From assembly GCA_041855945.1 (NCBI GenBank), contig JBHAFG010000007.1, forward strand, positions 9,670-73,669: DNA of 64,000 bases. The letters run 5' to 3'. Source of the stretch: Treponema sp. GTDB taxonomy: Bacteria > Spirochaetota > Spirochaetia > Treponematales > Treponemataceae. The notes under the pieces were generated by a model. That model was given only the letters and a program-made list of their open reading frames with translations, had not been told where the DNA came from and searched no databases. Every line of letters begins with the position of its first letter. Position 1 is the first letter of the stretch. Position numbers and translations under genes: made by a program. Positions 62,830 through 64,000 of this stretch are shown one piece after another.

Positions 62830-64000
62830 ATGAAAACCTTTTTTAAGACTTTATTTGGGCGGCTTTTTGCTTTCGCAAAAAACAGGCTCTTCACGGTTCG
62901 CCGTCTAGCCGCGGCTCATTCGTCCGCTCGCATTTGCTCGCTACCGAACGGCTTTGCCGCCGTTACGATCCTTGCCGCATTTCTTACAGTCTTAAACTTT
63001 TCTTCCTGCATGGTGCTTTTCGACCAGGACGAAATTCGTTCTGCATACACAGTTGAATGTTACATCCAAAACACAACGGACGACGACTATACAATAGAAA
63101 AAAATCTAACACAGGTGCATGACGGAACGGCGGGAAATATGACGGACTTTGTGCCAAAAAAACTTGAAGGCTTTACAGCCCAGGCCATAGAACAAAAGAA
63201 AATCCGCAGCGACCGTACAACAGTAATACAAGTCTATTACACAAGAAACATAGTAACGCTTACATTCGACACAGACGGTGGAACATCAATAGAAAAAATC
63301 ACAGGAAAATACGGCGCACCAGTAACAAAGCCCGCAAATCCAAGTAAGACAGGCTATGAGTTTACAGCATGGACGCCAAATATACCAAGCGCAATTCCAC
63401 CACAGGATAGCACCTATCAAGCCCACTGGGTGGCAGGAGAAGGAACACCATACAAAGTAGAACACTGGCAACAAAATATAGAAGATGATGGCTATACGCT
63501 AGTTATCGCAGACACAGAAAACAAAACAGGCACAACAGGAAGCACCACTGTTGCTGTTGCAAAGACATACACAGGCTTTACAGCAAAGGACACAACACAG
63601 GGAACAATTCTAGCAGACGGAAGCGCTGTTGTAAAAGTCTACTACGACAGAAAGGTTGTAACGCTCACATTCAATACAGCAGGCGGAAGCACCGTGGGTG
63701 CAATTACAGCAAAATACGGCGCACCAGTAACACCGCCTGCAAATCCAACTAAAACAGGCTATACATTCGCCAGTTGGAATCCAACACTGCCTGCCACAAT
63801 GCCTGAAAGCGACACAACCTACACAGCGGTGTGGGCAAACAGCACAGATACCCCATACAAAGTAGAACACTACAAGCAGAATGTTTTAGATGATGGCTAT
63901 ACGCTAGTTACCGCAGACACAGAAACAAAGACAGGCACAACAGGAAGTACTACGGTAGCAGTTGCCAAAACCTACACAGGCTTTACAGCAAAGGACATAA
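62830..64000 (+). CDS. InlB B-repeat (Flg_new)/MucBP-like repeat surface lipoprotein, 3'-truncated by the window end (absent from the ORF track because no stop is reached)
   Basis: ATG at 62830 after AGGAG. Lipobox LNFSSC. Repeated LTFDTDGGTSIEKITGKYGAPVTKPANPSKTGYEFTAWTP / LTFNTAGGSTVGAITAKYGAPVTPPANPTKTGYTFASWNP modules. I read the frame as open through 64000. Confidence 0.8.
   Translation, partial: MKTFFKTLFGRLFAFAKNRLFTVRRLAAAHSSARICSLPNGFAAVTILAAFLTVLNFSSCMVLFDQDEIRSAYTVECYIQNTTDDDYTIEKNLTQVHDGTAGNMTDFVPKKLEGFTAQAIEQKKIRSDRTTVIQVYYTRNIVTLTFDTDGGTSIEKITGKYGAPVTKPANPSKTGYEFTAWTPNIPSAIPPQDSTYQAHWVAGEGTPYKVEHWQQNIEDDGYTLVIADTENKTGTTGSTTVAVAKTYTGFTAKDTTQGTILADGSAVVKVYYDRKVVTLTFNTAGGSTVGAITAKYGAPVTPPANPTKTGYTFASWNPTLPATMPESDTTYTAVWANSTDTPYKVEHYKQNVLDDGYTLVTADTETKTGTTGSTTVAVAKTYTGFTAKDI
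63043..64000 (+). repeat. tandem 405-nt (135-aa) coding repeats, at least 2.3 units; units 2 and 3 nearly identical over long stretches
   Basis: CCATACAAAGTAGAACAC...GATGATGGCTATACGCTAGTT...ACAGGCTTTACAGCAAAGGAC recurs at 63448 and 63853. A diverged unit starts near 63043. Confidence 0.75.

Noticed and set aside
63286-63870. Cys/Trp-rich minus-strand ORFs (62 and 86 aa) in the 63.3-63.9 kb region
   Set aside because: They are antisense to the repeat-containing InlB-B-repeat CDS. They recur only because the coding repeat recurs.

Overview
Densely coding 64-kb window with about 50 CDS. I saw no rRNA, tRNA or CRISPR array. Gene content suggests a Treponema-like spirochaete replicon; this is inference, not searched. 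The supporting genes are a circularly permuted MglB-2-type sugar-binding lipoprotein with mglA/mglC, a FemAB-family transferase, an alpha-2-macroglobulin/PbpC pair, an anaerobe-type PerR-Dfx-Rbr set, and many lipobox proteins.

Gene order:
- 5' end: MCP, acyl-ACP thioesterase, Zur-like regulator plus lone metal ABC permease, PNPOx-family protein.
- A 5-gene Lol/MacB-like ABC + LolA-like + OM-barrel operon, then arginase and the Rbr/Dfx/PerR genes.
- A GPH transporter with a large loop insertion, then pbpC plus a 1.9k-aa alpha-2-macroglobulin.
- A CitA/CitB-type two-component system, a PQ-loop/SGNH-like fusion, and a Nudix hydrolase.
- A 3.6-kb plasmid-type replicon module: repA, RHH protein, parA, ten AGGTAACAG iterons, a DnaA box and AT-rich tracts.
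- A galactan-utilisation cluster: GH53, mglBAC, a GGDEF protein and GH35.
- glnA, a small OMP, manC, a decayed MATE pseudogene and FemAB.
- A translationally coupled adenylate cyclase / FecR-Ig-repeat protein / OM-barrel operon, followed by three large lipoprotein genes.
- A ToxN/AbiQ-family type III toxin gene, an OmpA-like gene split by one in-frame stop, and an InlB-B-repeat lipoprotein running off the 3' end.

Most interesting observations:
1. The ToxN/AbiQ toxin has an upstream promoter-to-terminator RNA region that lacks the canonical tandem antitoxin repeats.
2. The iteron/DnaA-box replicon module sits among housekeeping genes.
3. The cyclase-FecR-OMP operon looks like a candidate trans-envelope signalling device.
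4. A dispersed ~27-nt repeat family occurs both inside and between genes at 52.7-62.4 kb.

All family assignments come from motif recognition by eye. No searches were run.
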